From NCBI GenBank assembly GCA_030704615.1, contig CM060733.1, positions 46,314,001 through 46,378,000 on the forward strand: a stretch of 64,000 bases of DNA, written 5' to 3'. The notes below the pieces were generated by a model. It did not search any database and was not told the DNA's origin. It saw only the letters and a program-made list of their open reading frames with translations. Positions 1-19,200 of this stretch are shown one piece after another. The stretch comes from Takakia lepidozioides (lineage: Eukaryota > Plantae > Bryophyta). The position numbers and the translations under genes were made by a program. Within the stretch, counting starts at the first letter, position 1; each line of letters begins with the position of its first letter.

Positions 1-419
1 TGGCTTCGACGATTTTAACCCCTAATGGACGAGCCCATTTTTTGTGGACCAACTACAAAACGGAACATACCCTCATGGATGAGGGATTGGTCCACCAAAC
101 GGAACGTATCCTCATGGATGAGGGTATACTTCTCAGTTGACAAACATCCACGGGGATGAACCGTATGACAGTCACCCTACCTACTTCATGCACCTGCTCT
201 AAAATTTCAGATGATATGGACGTGTGATTAGGAAGATTACAACAAAAATCCAAGCCCAGAATTTCTATTGTACTCCAATTTAAGAGTCAAAAAATGGTTT
301 GACAAGCATTTGGCCTACCAAAATGATTTCTCATTCATACATGCTGTCCAAATTCGGATTATGTGGCACCTAAAGCAAAATTTCATAGCCCAATTCCAAA
401 ATCTCATAAGGTTTGCTTT

Positions 420-490
420 GTATGGCCTGTGTGTTGAGCAGTAGGCTCAGTAAATTCACTGGACGTTAAAGAAACTTTATCTTTATCTTT
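420..490 (+). repeat. 3' fragment of the SINE family also present at 21421-21547
   Basis: About 70 bp near-identical to 21479-21547, ending in GGACGTTAAA plus a (CTTTAT)n tail. Confidence 0.75.
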
Positions 491-1170
491 GTATGGGAAA
501 ATAGGGGGGGTAAAAAATACAATATATTACAATTGAACCCCCTTGGGGTGTCCAATCTTTTAGTGGAACCACAATTCCAGCGGTCATGTTCATCTTTGCC
601 TGATTACTAACTACCTTGAAAAAAATATCATCATTCTAACCTATATACACATACATATTTTTGAACATTCTTCCTTGAATCCCAACTGAGGCTTCAGGTA
701 CTTGGGAAATTTTTGATATGTATGATAGATGCATGATTGTTGACAAGTATGGGGAAAGAAAAAGACTTTGTCGACGGGCAAAAATCCAAAAAATCGCCTG
801 CTTCAAAACCAGTGTTGTGCGGGTATATTGATTTCAATATACCCTTAGGGTATAAGTAAATTATTTTTGTCAAATCATTTATCCTCCGGGTATGGATAAA
901 TTAACTTTTCAGATTTCTATATAACCCCCGGGTATGGATATATATGCCAAAATATACCCTGAGGGTATGAATAGTTTCCGGGTATGGATAGTTATTTCAA
1001 TTAATATATAATTTAATGGTTTTAAAGAATATATGACGTTCTTCAATATGTACAAAACACAAAAAAAACAATCTAGGGTAAAAGAGAAAATTGATAAGAT
1101 ATTGCATAATATTTTGGTGTTAATTTCCAATGCAAGATGGAGGAGGTTTGAGATTAAAAAAACACACATT

Positions 1171-1366
1171 GGCTGGTAGCTCAGCTAGTAACCCGCTGCC
1201 ATGCCCCCTGTGTGGGATTGTTCGTGACGGTACATCAGGCGTTGATCGTCGTGTAGGTCTCATGGTCCATAAATGAAAGGGGGTTAATCTTTCCCCCTCC
1301 TCAAGGGCCTGAATTGTGGACTGTAGCTCCCAAGTTTCCTCCAAAAAAAAAAAAAAAAAAAAAAAA
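1171..1366 (+). mobile_element. SINE-like element with poly(A) tail
   Basis: A-box-like GGTAGCTCAGCTAG at the 5' end and A24 at 1343-1366. No clear B box. Confidence 0.45.
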
Positions 1367-1916
1367 TCCCCCTCAAGACCTAAATTGTGGGCAGGTATCC
1401 TTCTATATATATATATATAGGCGAGATCTGAAGATGTATTGTTTGGGTTATATGACATTTTAGGAATGATATATATGTAGCATTTGTTTTAGTTGTGATT
1501 GGAGCTTTCTTATAGCTCCATCTTCTCGACTCTCGTATCTCTCCTTGTGTTGAGGAGGAGGGGGCTACGCTAGATTTCGTTTGGATAAAAGTTGCCAAAA
1601 GAAAGAAGTGTCATTCATCTGTGGATGCTGCTCGATCAGCTTATCGTTCACTGTATCATCCATTTCTTGCACACGCGTGTGAGGTGAGACAGTCCATACT
1701 ATCATCCCAACACTCCAATATAGAGAAAACCTGTAAAGCTTCTGAAATTAGGTGACTACAACTTCATACCTAGTACAAGTTTCTTCTGCATGGGAAAAGT
1801 ACTATCTTGTGTACTCCACATGGATGGTAAATAGTAAGCTCTTCCAAATATTGCAAGTGCTGGAATCTAATTGAGTATAACAATGAGGAGGACTAAGCAA
1901 CACTGTGTATATCATA

Positions 1917-2460
1917 TCATATATACTCAATACTCGCACTCGATGAGCCAATGAACATTGCTCTTCCTCTCAATCCAATTTTTTCCATCCAATGCTCACG
2001 AATCATTGATATGAGTTCAAATAGATTGCATACACGTGTAAATTTTTCTACAAACAAGCCTTCTGTGAATATATCTACAATTTGATCAAAAGTAGGCACA
2101 TAAGAAAGATGAATTTCGACTTCAATTAGCTTTTCCCGAACAATATGAAATTGTATGTCGATATATTTTGTCTGCTTGGGAAACAATGGATTGTGAGCTA
2201 ACTTGATGCAGCCTATCTGAGAGAAGAAGTGTCGATAAACCAATGATACCAAGCATACAACGAAGCCAAACAATTTCTTTAGTTGTCTGCACAAAACTTG
2301 CGACAGATGCATAATCTGTTGTGCTACGTGCCATGCACTATTGTTTACACAAACCCCAAGCAACATAGGTCATTGTGTAAGAAAAGTATATACCCACTAC
2401 ACAATTTTTGATTATCGAGATCGGCTACATAATTTGCAGTCCAATGTAGTCATGAAGGAA
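1917..2460 (-). mobile_element. Ty1/copia RNase H remnant with PPT and start of the 3' LTR
   Basis: LAHNPLFPKQTKYIDIQFHIVREK...VPTFDQIVDIFTEGL and ARSTTDYASVA...KEIVWLR are copia RNase H motifs. A purine tract GAGAGGAAGAG precedes TGTT at 1957. Confidence 0.85.
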
Positions 2461-3215
2461 CTATCCATGCCTACTACAAATTAACGCCACTAAAACTGAT
2501 CGAATCCATGAAGTGGACACGCAGTGGATCATGAGCATTGGCGTTGTAAGGAGCAATACCAAGTTGAATAAGTGCACGGTACAATAAGGCAACGACAAAT
2601 ATAGATACATATCTTCTGATAAACCTCCAAGGTATCATAGACGACGACATTCCGGTTGTGATACGGCCTCTTGGGGACCCTGTAACAAAGTTATTTACTC
2701 AGGTTTCTCTTTACTTGGAGACTGTAGTGGCGGAGGATGAGATCGGGGCCCTAGAGTCACGCACCTGAATGAGAAAAAGACAATGGAAACTACATGTCTT
2801 GAAGTGCTGGAGCAAGAGATTGGGATGTAGTTACAACCTCTAAATCATCAATCGGTTGTGACGTTTCCATACGCCCTCACCAACCCTCCATGGGCCTTTT
2901 ACTAAAGGAAAACGACTTCTTTTCCACCCCACAAATCATGTACCAATGTCTCCCTCTGATCATTCCACGATTGAGAAGTATGTAATGAACAACATTTCTT
3001 AGAAGTTTAAACTTTAATTTCTTCATACACGGCTGCTGATATCAAGTTCATTTAGACTTTTAGCTATGTTGTTAAAAAAACCGCCACAAACAGGTCTTAA
3101 ATATAACCTTGATTGCAACTAAGAAAAAAAGATATATTAAAATGTATTCAAAGAATAGAGGGGCTTGGAGGGAGGTTAACAACAACCACGAAAACAATGA
3201 TGAGTAAGAACAAAC

Positions 3216-4425
3216 CTATGGAATAGGATCTGATAACCAAGGATGAATCAATGCTTCCGGTGCAGTGCACTGCTTCGATTTAAGCTTCATTATAAACTGC
3301 TGAGCAGATTTTGTACTCGTAGTTATCGTAGACACTCGCTGTTCTAAAAGTCTTCCAAGCTGATACATATCTAACATGGACGTGTAAAAGTTGTCTTCCA
3401 ATGTCTCAATGCTTCTGTCTAAGAAATGTTGAAATCATTCTGGTACTTGAGTCTAGTTCTTCTTTCAACTTACAGTCGTGCTTCTCCATCCGGGCTTCTA
3501 TGAGGGTTATGCGCCGAGCCCGATGGTTGCCGTTACAGCCAATTCCATAGCCATTCGTGCCCTTGTACCAATCTGCACGGGATGTTGCGCGGCTGCGACT
3601 GTTTCCAGGTCAATTAGCATGAATTGCTCATTTGATACCTGCAAAATATTAAGGAACTGGATATCCCTGTGAACGAGGCCCGGCTCATGGAGGACATACA
3701 AGGCTTCGCACACATTCGTGGTCAAATATCTTGGTATCTCGCTCAGACCTCAACATGGGCTGGTATCCAAGATGATTAATCTCAACTGTATAGGTTCATG
3801 TACGATTTATGGGGACCTCGTTCAAATTTCCCTTATTAAACACGGAAGGGAAAGACATTTTTCTCCAGCTTTGTAAGGCTCCCTCGGTATCACATCCAAT
3901 TCAAATGTGAACCTCACAAAAACTATTAAAGTTCTTGATGGACTTACAAACTTTGTTAAGGTAGAAATACATTATCAGTGAGCAGAGCATGGCGGCCTAA
4001 CACATCAGGGACTAAGTCTACCATTTTCTTAATTAATTGATAGACATAGTCGATGTTTAGCAAAAACTCGCAGTAACCGGATTCAATTGATAGGTAGGCT
4101 CTTCTGATCTTGCCATACTTGTAGCCAATATAAACCCTTTGGAATTCTGAGCCTGTCGCTATGTAGCCCAGAATCATGAATGAATTGTATCTCTCGTTAA
4201 ATATGGTGGAAAGTGACTTCACCTTTGCCCTAAGATCATCTTCAGCAGCACCAAGACTGGAAAGCTCAATGTCTTTACCAATAAGAAAGGTGCATCCAGA
4301 CGCTGTGAGGAGCTTGTGTCATTTCTTTCATAGCAGATGGAAATATGTGAGGTATTCTTGATATACTTCAAAATTCTCTTGGCATCTACACAATGTGCAC
4401 GAGTACTGTGTGTAGTACAAAACAT
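3216..4425 (-). pseudogene. Crinkler (CRN/CR)-like REase + protein kinase pseudogene
   Basis: Frameshifted fragments. REase-like: FLIGKDIELSSLGAAEDDLRAKVKSLS...ILGYIATGSEFQ. Kinase: ALYVLHEPGLVHRDIQFLNIL..FMLIDLETVA and DMYQLGRLL...ALIHPWL. Confidence 0.7.
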
Positions 4426-4779
4426 AGCAACAACATAAGCTCAAGGCACCCTAACAACACAACAAAAAAAGAAAAGACCTAGCACACAAAGGCTATGAAG
4501 GCACATAAAGGCCCTTATATATCCTGATTAGATATACCTTTCATTTTAACATATACCCTTTAGAAAAGTAGGGTATATTGAGCGTCTTAATATAGGGTAA
4601 ATATAAGGATAAAAGGTATATCATAAAAATATACCCTGATATAAGGGTATACATCCGGGTACCTAAACTGTGCCACACCATGGTATATATATATCAATAT
4701 ATATCAGGGCGGGTATATCAGGGTAATTTATATACCCGCCCAACATTGAGAAAAAACCACTCAATTTTTTTGTCACAAG

Positions 4780-5124
4780 GACAACATTTCGGTTGACCAT
4801 GATTGGGTCTCCATGTTGAAATCTCTTCTTCCCGTCGCTTTACTAGGATCTTGTGTTTTGCCTCACACTCATGTATATATGGATTGTTCTTCAATATAAA
4901 CTCATAGACTTGCTCAACCACCATGTTCGAGAATTTTATCCTGTTTGAAATCTTGGGAAAACAATGTCATTGGTTAGTACATCCTCATCTTCTTTCCACA
5001 TCTGATGGGCTTTTTTATCCACCCTTGTCATGTACTGAATGCAATAGAACATAACTTCTTGTAATGTATATCCCTCTGTCATGTTACCCTCTGGGTGCGC
5101 CGTTTGTTTTACATGTGCTTTCAA
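4780..5124 (-). pseudogene. CACTA transposase remnant (DUF4218 region)
   Basis: KAHVKQTAHPEGNMTEGYTLQEVMFYC matches the K..V.N.A.PEGSI.EGY consensus. Confidence 0.75.
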
Positions 5125-5619
5125 ATCTTCATATACCGTTCGAGGAAATACATTGATTGAGAATGAACAGGGCCGACAATCTCAGCCTCTTCCACTAAGT
5201 GCACTATCAAGTGCATTTGGATGTCAAAAACGAGGGAGGGAGGTGCATCTCCAACATACACATTACCACCACCGCCTCCACCTCCATGCGATGAAAATCC
5301 ATTTTCTCCATCTCTTTAGAACAAATCCTCTGGAACAAGTTCCCCAACTTGTAGATTGCTTCACGAATGTCTGAAGTCAATGACTATCCATGCGGTTTTA
5401 GGAAGACCGATGGAAGGAGGCGATTGCGGAAGGGTCACGCCAAATCGACCAAGCATAAAGTGGCTTTCAATCTTCTACGAATTGGGATATTGGGCGGTAC
5501 ATATTCCACCATCAACATTATTACATGCATACTAGCATATTACACATGTTGAATGAATGTTCTTGTCACTTACATGTCAAAGTAATAATTATGTAATGAT
5601 GTGTGGGTGGGAATATATG

Positions 5620-6060
5620 CAGGACCTCAAGATTCGTCGAATTCTAGATCTTTTGTATATTGAGAAGAATGTTTGCACGTCATTTTTGGCTGGCACACCG
5701 ACAAAAAAATGAGTGGTTGCAAAAGGAGATTCTCTGAATGTGAGACGAGAGTTAGGCTTGAAGAGCAATGACGTTGCATGCTACATCTATGGGTCGAACA
5801 AATGGTGTGTACCCAAAGGGTGTTTCACATTGGAAGTCTAGGCCAACACCTTGACAATGGACAAATGATGAATATTAGAAAATGAGAGTCACCATCTATG
5901 TTATCCGGACACCAACCAACTATGGGTCATCACTTTGTGTGAAGTTCAGCGAAGATACAATATTCCATGGTTTGAAGTCTCATGACTACCGCAATATATT
6001 GCAAGACATCTTGTCACTTGCAATACATGGGATTATTCTGGATCAAAATTCCACCGAACA
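5620..6060 (+). pseudogene. CACTA Tnp2 transposase remnant
   Basis: YIEKNVC...RTPTNYGSSL...HGLKSHDYRNILQDILSLAI. It lies in the opposite orientation to the DUF4218 piece. Confidence 0.75.
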
Positions 6061-7778
6061 GTGACAGTGCAGTGTCTTTAATGTGCAAGCTTTTCATCCA
6101 TTTACTGAGTAATATGTACTCAAAATGTGGTAAGTCCTGTCAGCAAACTGCTCATGCAGTATAATAAAGTAAACCTTTCACTCCTAGTAAATTAAGCTCG
6201 AGTAACTACTGAACCTATCCATCTCCATATGCATACAGGTGGTCCACCACCGTGCCAAAACTGATCTCGAGTTGTTTAATATTACTCGAATGGAGTGTAA
6301 AAACTAATCTGTTGGTTTCTTAAAATTGAACAAGATCAAAACTTGCCGCCTGACTGTCGGCAACGGGCCATATATGTTTTCTCAAAATGAAATTCACAAC
6401 CTCACTATATCCCTCATTTCTCTCTCTCCAACCAAGAACCACATCAACTTAACATCTCCACAAGACACGAAAATTGTGAGGGGCGAGGGTGGCGAGGCCG
6501 CCGATTGGCAAGCGGCAGTGGAGGCAAACTACACAGGAACTCGGGTCAAAGATAGTCAAGGATTACCTTGTATTGCTCGGGAGTGCAGTGTTGTTCCCCA
6601 AGCGTCCATTCCCTTTAAATAACCTCAGCTGTAGCTTGCTGGAGGTGGTGGTGGCTCGGCTACAGCAGCCGCCTACTACTTTGGTGTCAGAGATTCCCTA
6701 ACATCCCACATAGGTCACCCCAATGAAGGCAAGCCTAAATCTACATACAAAAGCGCGTGAACATAGCCAAGTGCAAGGTCGAACCAGGAGCTCTAATGTA
6801 TAGACCACAAAGTAGCAAAATGGAACAGTTTTCGCCGCGCAACAGCCTACAAAGTGGGTAAGTTTGCAGCAATCAACGACCCCAAAACGTATGAGCTCAC
6901 AAAATAGAGCCCCCTACAAATGGCATGCAATAGAAGAACAAGAATGAATGTATGTATGGAAAACGCTCTTATGGAAGCTAATTAAGCAGGCTCCAAGGAG
7001 GCTCGACACATTGTGGGCTAAGACATCTGCCATCTGCCATCACTCCTGCCATCTGTTGCCACCCTTCATTCCATGGCGGGGTGTCTGCATGTGTCCATAG
7101 GGGCAGATATGCATACCCTACATGCAACCATCGCCGTAGTTTTTGGCACCGTCCCCATTCAACCTACGACGTGGCTAGGTCAATGGTGCTTGCGGGTCCT
7201 AAACCACAAAATTTTGGGTACCTCTCTCCACTTCGAAAAATTCTAGATGACGCTACTTTTATTGTTTTAGGGTGCCATAAGGACAAGCATGCGCGTAACT
7301 TTAGGCGCTACAACTGTCATTCAGACACAGTTTTCATCCAAGTTCATCCAACAATTCAACATCAGGGATGATTTTTTATGCGACCCGTTTCGGATTGCGT
7401 CGTCCATCACGGGTTAAAATTGCTTTTTTGTAAGAGGGAAAGTTCTACTGCAGGACGAACTTTCCGGGATTTCAGAGTCGTCGGAGCCAAAGGGCAGACT
7501 ATTCCCTCCTCCCCCTTGCCCCTAGTCAGATTACGCAAATGGATGTGACTATATTTACAAAGGGAAGTTTCCAGAACTATATTCCCTTAGATAATATGCA
7601 TGTTCTATATATATTCGTTGGGCCTTTTGGAACATTCCATGAATTTGAAACTGAAGTAAAAGTAAATACTTTATCAAAGAGCATGAGAGGTTAGCCAATG
7701 AATCAATGGTTGGAAAAATATTTCTAATATTTTTAAATATAAAAAATGTTTTCTTCCTCTTTTATAGATTGACCTTTT

Positions 7779-8013
7779 GGGGCCGAGTGGGCCCGTTTTA
7801 TTAAATAAATTTGAATTTTCCTAAAATAATTACTGAAGTGATACATATGGGATAATGAAGATTCGCAGCGGTCAAAGCGAAAGACCGAAGGGTACAGAAT
7901 ATTTGGTCACGTAGGGCATTATACCAGCACGCACCTACAGTGCCGGTCCAGGTCACCATTCGGTCACCGCATCTCGGCTTAGGCCGTGCGCGGTGTTTGT
8001 GACCAAACCCTAA
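7779..8013 (+). promoter_or_regulatory. CDC48 proximal promoter with site II (TGGGCC) and telo-box
   Basis: GGGGCCGAGTGGGCCC at about 7779-7794 and AAACCCTAA at 8005-8013, about 100 bp before the ATG. Confidence 0.5.
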
Positions 8014-8111
8014 AAGCAAGGGATTGCGTAGCAAAGGAGAAGGGAGGGAGAGACAGACCGAGTGTGTCTGTGTCCATTCCTGAAGATTGTAGGAAAGAGA
8101 CACGTTTCAAC

Positions 8112-13599
<5,488 letters not shown>

Positions 13600-14319
13600 C
13601 AATGCTGGTTGCTTTGAACTAGTAGGTGACTTCTTTGTACTGCAGCGAGATGGAGTTTGGCTATCGCCGATAGAAATTCATCCTAAACCCTCTTCTGCCC
13701 AGTTTTAAAAAACCCTCACGGTGTTTATTCATCTGGTTTACATCTGTGTGTGTGGCACGGCAATTTATTCTTTCAATAATTCTTCAATGCAGTACTATGT
13801 ACTGGTACGCCGGGAAGCATAGAGGCTGCATCACCGTCGATTTGGTAACTTGAACTCTTTGCACACATGGAAAGGATTGGGAGAGTTCCAAGTCAATACA
13901 AGGTACTATGCATGTGTCATCTACCAATCTTTTTTGCAGTCAGATAATGAGACAAAACTGTCCTACAGATGAAAACATTTGCATGTGTCTTTGCACCACG
14001 ACGGTTTCTCAAAGTTTGTCTTGGCACACAGTACTGTACATTGGGTATAAACTATGGTGAACTGCTTGTGGCTTCATCTGTGTGAAGCAAGTGAACCTGC
14101 GCATGCAGGTTCATTTCCTGTTTACTCTATGTACAACCTGCATGTATCAGCAAAGCTTGCATGCATGACACCTGTTTTATTTTAACCAAACTAGCAACAT
14201 GTTTCAAATTTCTAGTCATTTCAAGAAGTCTCAATCAGCTTACTTATTTTAAATTCTTCTTAGTTACCCAGGATCGCCCTTTACACAAAGGCACACCGCA
14301 GTGCAAAACTGGTAGGTTC

Positions 14320-14968
14320 CAGTGTTGGACCGGTATATATGGTCAGACCTGAGTATACAGAAGGTATGAGTAATGGTATGAAGAACCATACCCTATTGGT
14401 ATGAAAGAACATTATACCTAGGTGCATAACCTACTCAGGTGGATACTGAGTCAAGGATTTGCTCATCGATGCCAGACCAGCCTGGGTTGTCGTTGTTGTT
14501 ATACTGCCTGCGATACCATTATTGAGGATTGCAAGCGGCAATGGAGCTCAGTATGGGATATGAATAAGTAGGGTATGAATATGAGCTCCAGTGAGCACTT
14601 TCAGTCGTATCAGGCAGTGCAGGCTGGACAAATTGCTCAGACTCCTCTCTGCAGGGGAAGTGGAAATCTGGTCCTGGCTACCATGACTGCAAAATAACTG
14701 AAAGACAGTGTACTGTAAACAAAGGCTCAGCATCATAACTACCATACCAATGTTTATATACCCCCAGTATCAATATCAAAAAAATTAATACCATTACCAT
14801 ACCCATACACTATCCATTTTACAAGACCTCTTACCCTATTGATACCATTAATACTCTATCAGGTCATACCTGCCACCGTACCCTTACCAGCCTGGTATGC
14901 ATAAGGGATCAGATCCTCATACCAGGACCAGTCTGGTATTTAAAAATACATATATCAGTCCAACACTG
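14320..14968. mobile_element. hAT MITE
   Basis: TIRs CAGTGTTGGAC...GTCCAACACTG. Perfect 8-bp TSD GTAGGTTC at 14312-14319 and 14969-14976. GGTAT/ATACC subterminal motifs. Confidence 0.9.
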
Positions 14969-16217
14969 GTAGGTTCTCCTATTTCATATCTTTCAGAAAG
15001 TGAGAAGCATCTGCTCATAGCGCAAAAACCAAGACCATAGATTTTGTCAGCAACTGCAACATGGTAAGATCATTTGAGGTTTGACATATTTTGGCCACTC
15101 AATTTGTCAGTGATTGCTAAAATTGATGTTTCTGGTCATTTGAGTGAGGAGGCCTAGACATTGACATTAAATGTGTGCTTATATGAATATTTCAGTCGCA
15201 CCATCGACAGTCCCTCTCGAGGATAGACAACTACAGATAAAAGAACTATTGAAGGAGGTCACGTTGAGAATTAACATTTTGGGGATGCTTCATCCGAATT
15301 CAGATAGACCACTCCTCGAGAGAGTTGGAGGCTGGAGTGTTCCAAATCTGCAACATGCAGCATGTACTGAACCCATCCATCATGCGTGGGAAGGATTTGC
15401 AGGCCAGTCGTGCGCCTAAGATGAAAGGCACATGTCCAAACTGAATGTCAGAATGTCGACATGACAGGGAAAAGCTTTGCTCTTAGTGGCTGCGAGAGGC
15501 ACAGTTTCTGTTGCTGTGATTTGGTAAGTACAGATGTCCCCTACAGCAAGTAACCGACATCAAGAGAACCGACATCAGGAGAGATCTGACAGAAGGAGTT
15601 GAAATCGAAAATGAGGATGGGTGGTTGCAGGGGAAGCACACCACTTGTTGAAGAGAATCCTGCAAGGCTCAAAAAGGAAGAGCAAGCTGCGCCGCCATAG
15701 TGACCTGCATCAGGTCCATCATGCCAGAGGTTTGTCATTTCATCCACCGAAGAATGCTGACTATGGAAGAAATGCATACACACTTCTGGTTGGCAAACAA
15801 AACCAAAGGATATTCTCGTGCATTATCTTCAGCCAACCCATACCTCCAGGTTCACCAGATATGTTTAGCAATATTTCTAAATATAGGATGTCGTGATTTG
15901 GAAGGAAATTCTCTATTTAGGCCTGCTCATTGACTAGGCCAGATCACAGTTACAACAGAAAGAACAAGGCAAGAAATGTGCCTTTTACTATCTTGTCAAT
16001 GGCTGTTACAACCTACCCACCTGCTGATGGAAGCATTAGCTCTAATCATTCTACTAAGTATGCATTCTTCACCAAACAAAATATGTGTAGAAAAGCAAAC
16101 TGTAGCAAGGTGCTCGAGGACCTGCGAAGGGGCTCAATAGGCATACTGCCTTGCACGCACTCCAAGTTGGAGAGAATGAAGTCCTCTGCATTACCATGAG
16201 TCTTCAAGCCTGGCTCA

Positions 16218-19200
16218 TTACTTCTCACCATCCAAACTGTCAGGTTCGGAGATCAAGAAATCTTCTATTTGTGACCTGTTCAAAGGACAACCACAGAAAA
16301 TTCATAGACAAAACTAGATGGTTTCTCAAATTCCAAGTCTGCATCCCTATCCCCACTCAAGAAGAAAGGAGAAAAACTCCAGTAGGCCAAGATAAGCTCT
16401 CATGAAGGTGGCATTGTGTAATCCCAGGAGAATAGTGACGGAACGAATGTGACAGGCTGGACAAGACCTCACCTCAACCAACTTTGCCTGCTTGTTTTGT
16501 TCACAGTCACTCTCTCCCTCATGGCCTGAGGCAGCAACTCATACATCTTCTCAGCCTTTGAACCACTCTCCGAAAAAATTTGGAACCAACAGCTGGAACA
16601 GCAACTGCTTTGAAACGTGGATGACGTGAGAGAAAAACCTCCTTTCTCCCTGTCTGCATCAGAGTCATCTGTATCTTCCTCCTCCAACACATGCTGGCTT
16701 TGTCTTTTCTCACCTGGAGGGACAGATGCTGGTGTTCCATCATCTGGGTGATTAAAATCTCGCGTGTCTAAGGGAGCACTGCATATTAAACAGAGAGGTT
16801 CCCTTTCTGACTTCCCATTTTTGTCGGTGCTGTTTCCTTGAGTACCACAATTGGCCTGAACATCTCTACGCCTGCGATTGGCGAAGTATGCAGAAGGACC
16901 GTCTGGTGATACATTGAAACCAAAAGGCTTTAGCTTTGCTGCTGTCCGAGCTATTGTGTACTCCCTTGATGAATTTTCCTCCTACGCCATCCATCAATTC
17001 CCCCACAGACATTGTTAAATACACCATTAGATACTCATAATCGCTCTCATGCTACAGTATGACTTAATTGCAACTGAAACTGGCTGGGTGCTATGACAGT
17101 TCCAAAAAAAGATTCTCAGCCAACTGGCAGGGCTTGCATCCGGCCAAGTGGATCTGAAAAAATATTGCACTTGGAAGCACATCTGTAAGGAAGGATGAAA
17201 ACATAGTGACTTACCTATGAACCTTCATATGCTGACCAAATATAGCTCAAATGAGACCATAGATAAACTACAACCATCTAATGCCTTGAAGGTTTTGACG
17301 CACACATTGAGAACTGGTACCTGAAGCAAAGAAACAAATGCATGAGCCAAGTGGTTAATGCTGCCAGATGGGTCAGCCATGGTTGACAGTTTTCTGATGA
17401 ACACAGTCTCAAGGCTGCAGCAAGCATTCACAAGTTTTATCAAAGGAGAACATTCAAATCTTGGCTCCCCCCCCCGACACTCTGTTCTGTAATAAAGACC
17501 ATCCATTGGACACACAGCCAATCCATGACAACAACAACCAAGCAGGTGATATTTGACTGGAACTTTGCAACATAGCATGCCAGCAAAAAGCATCCAAATA
17601 TCTCCAATGTATATATTCCTTTGCTCCAGGCTGGCCCAATTGAGGACACATAATGCCAAAATGGGGATTCAATCTGGCATCCTGTCACCAGAGGGAGTAG
17701 CATAATATAATTAGTATTAGCAAGAGCAGTCAGATAGTACACAACTATTTCTGGCATAATATAATGAGTTAGCAAACTGGAGGGCCCGATCACAGAGCAT
17801 GACACACTGAGGCTCATCCCATGTGAAGAGAACACACTTAGCTAGATGGCAGTGCAAGGCGAGCTCTCGAGCAATGCAATCTCGCAACGGAAGGACTACT
17901 GGAACATGCCACCTGGCATCCACATGCTGGATGCCTGCTGGCAAAGAATATCCTTGTCCCTGAAACCAGACCAGCCAAGAAGAACTAATCACTATCCTAC
18001 ATAAACATTGATGCACAGTAGTCAAATTATTTTGCCTCTTCACACACGGCTCAATGTGCAAAAACAAACAAAATCAACACCCATATAGCACTGCAAAGAA
18101 AGCATGGCCCAGTGGTTAGACACAAGGCTGCCTTAGTGGTCGTGGGTTCAAAGCCACACAGGTGTATGTAGGATGTCACCCATCATGGCCAAATTAGCCA
18201 TCAAAAGGGGTAACTCGGTCAACCGGACACCTAATGTGTGTTTACTACGGACTTTTGATTGGGGAACTATGTTTCCCAAGTTACGGCTATTAGAAGGTGT
18301 CCACCTTCCAAACGAAAGGCAGTAACCTTCTGGGTGAAGCGACACCATAAGTTACGCTTGCTTCGGCAGGAGTCAACCCCCCTTTTTCTACTGCATAGAA
18401 AAATTGGATTCATTTAGCAGACATGACACATTAGAAGAAATGCTTAGCAAACAAAACAACATAAAAAGTTGATTATTTGGCACCCGCCACTGCTGTAGTC
18501 TTACAACTCGGAAATATACTCGCCAAATTTACTTTTACTAGTAATCATGGTTATGTCTGCCAGTTCTTTAACTGGCACACATAAGCCTGTTGCAAGTTTT
18601 GGATCACAACTACATTAAATAAAGCATAAGCTTAGGATAATTCCTCCAGAGGGATGCCAAAACCCATTATCCAAATAACTATAAGAAGATACACAGAAGA
18701 CGTTGTTTGCCAGAGGCTTGTGGCCCTATACACAACGCCCAGTTTGAGCAGAACCGTAACTGTTACAAATGGCTACAAGAGCGGAGTGGTGTATCACCTT
18801 AGCAGTGGCTGCTATAACATGTGCCGCAATGCGAGTGGTGCATAGACCTAGCACAATCTTTGTGTATCCGTGCTCTTGAGCCACCTGCAGTATGATCCAA
18901 GTGAAAAGTATGGAAGATTCATAACTCCTACATATGTGATTTAAAAAACTGTGCACCAAGTAATCTAATGAACCAAATGACTGGACACTATATTTGCAGC
19001 AGCACAAGTGCCTAAACTTGCCCTTGGTAATGTCAAAGGAGGTTTGTTGCAATGTTCACAAATTTTGCACCAAACGGACCCTTGGTGGTGGTCAGTGTGC
19101 AAAACATGAGAAGTTTAACACATACCTGTTGGAGGACATGCATCCTTAGACACTCTAATAGATCCTCTTTTCCTGTTGCATCCACAACACTCTCAAATAA

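Larger units (their letters stand above)
810..4748. mobile_element. hAT-type non-autonomous TIR element inserted in the CACTA transposase, carrying cargo
   Basis: Left end CAGTGTTGTGCGGGTATAT, right end ATATACCCGCCCAACATTG. Many GGGTA/TACCC subterminal motifs at 810-990 and 4520-4745. No clean 8-bp TSD remains. Confidence 0.6.
1..7436. mobile_element. Degenerate CACTA/EnSpm element with nested insertions (left end outside the window)
   Basis: Inverted subterminal match: 12-32 ATTTTAACCCCTAATGGACGA vs the reverse complement of 7400-7420 (19/21). Palindromic subterminal repeats at 58-126. Tnp2-type transposase remnants inside. Confidence 0.6.

Noticed and set aside
15171-16199. Short ORFs between CDC48 and CTU2
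   Set aside because: No recognisable motifs or consistent exon structure.
18102-18160. tRNA gene
   Set aside because: A and B boxes are present, but there is no complete cloverleaf; it continues into a 290-bp TSD-flanked body, so it is a SINE.
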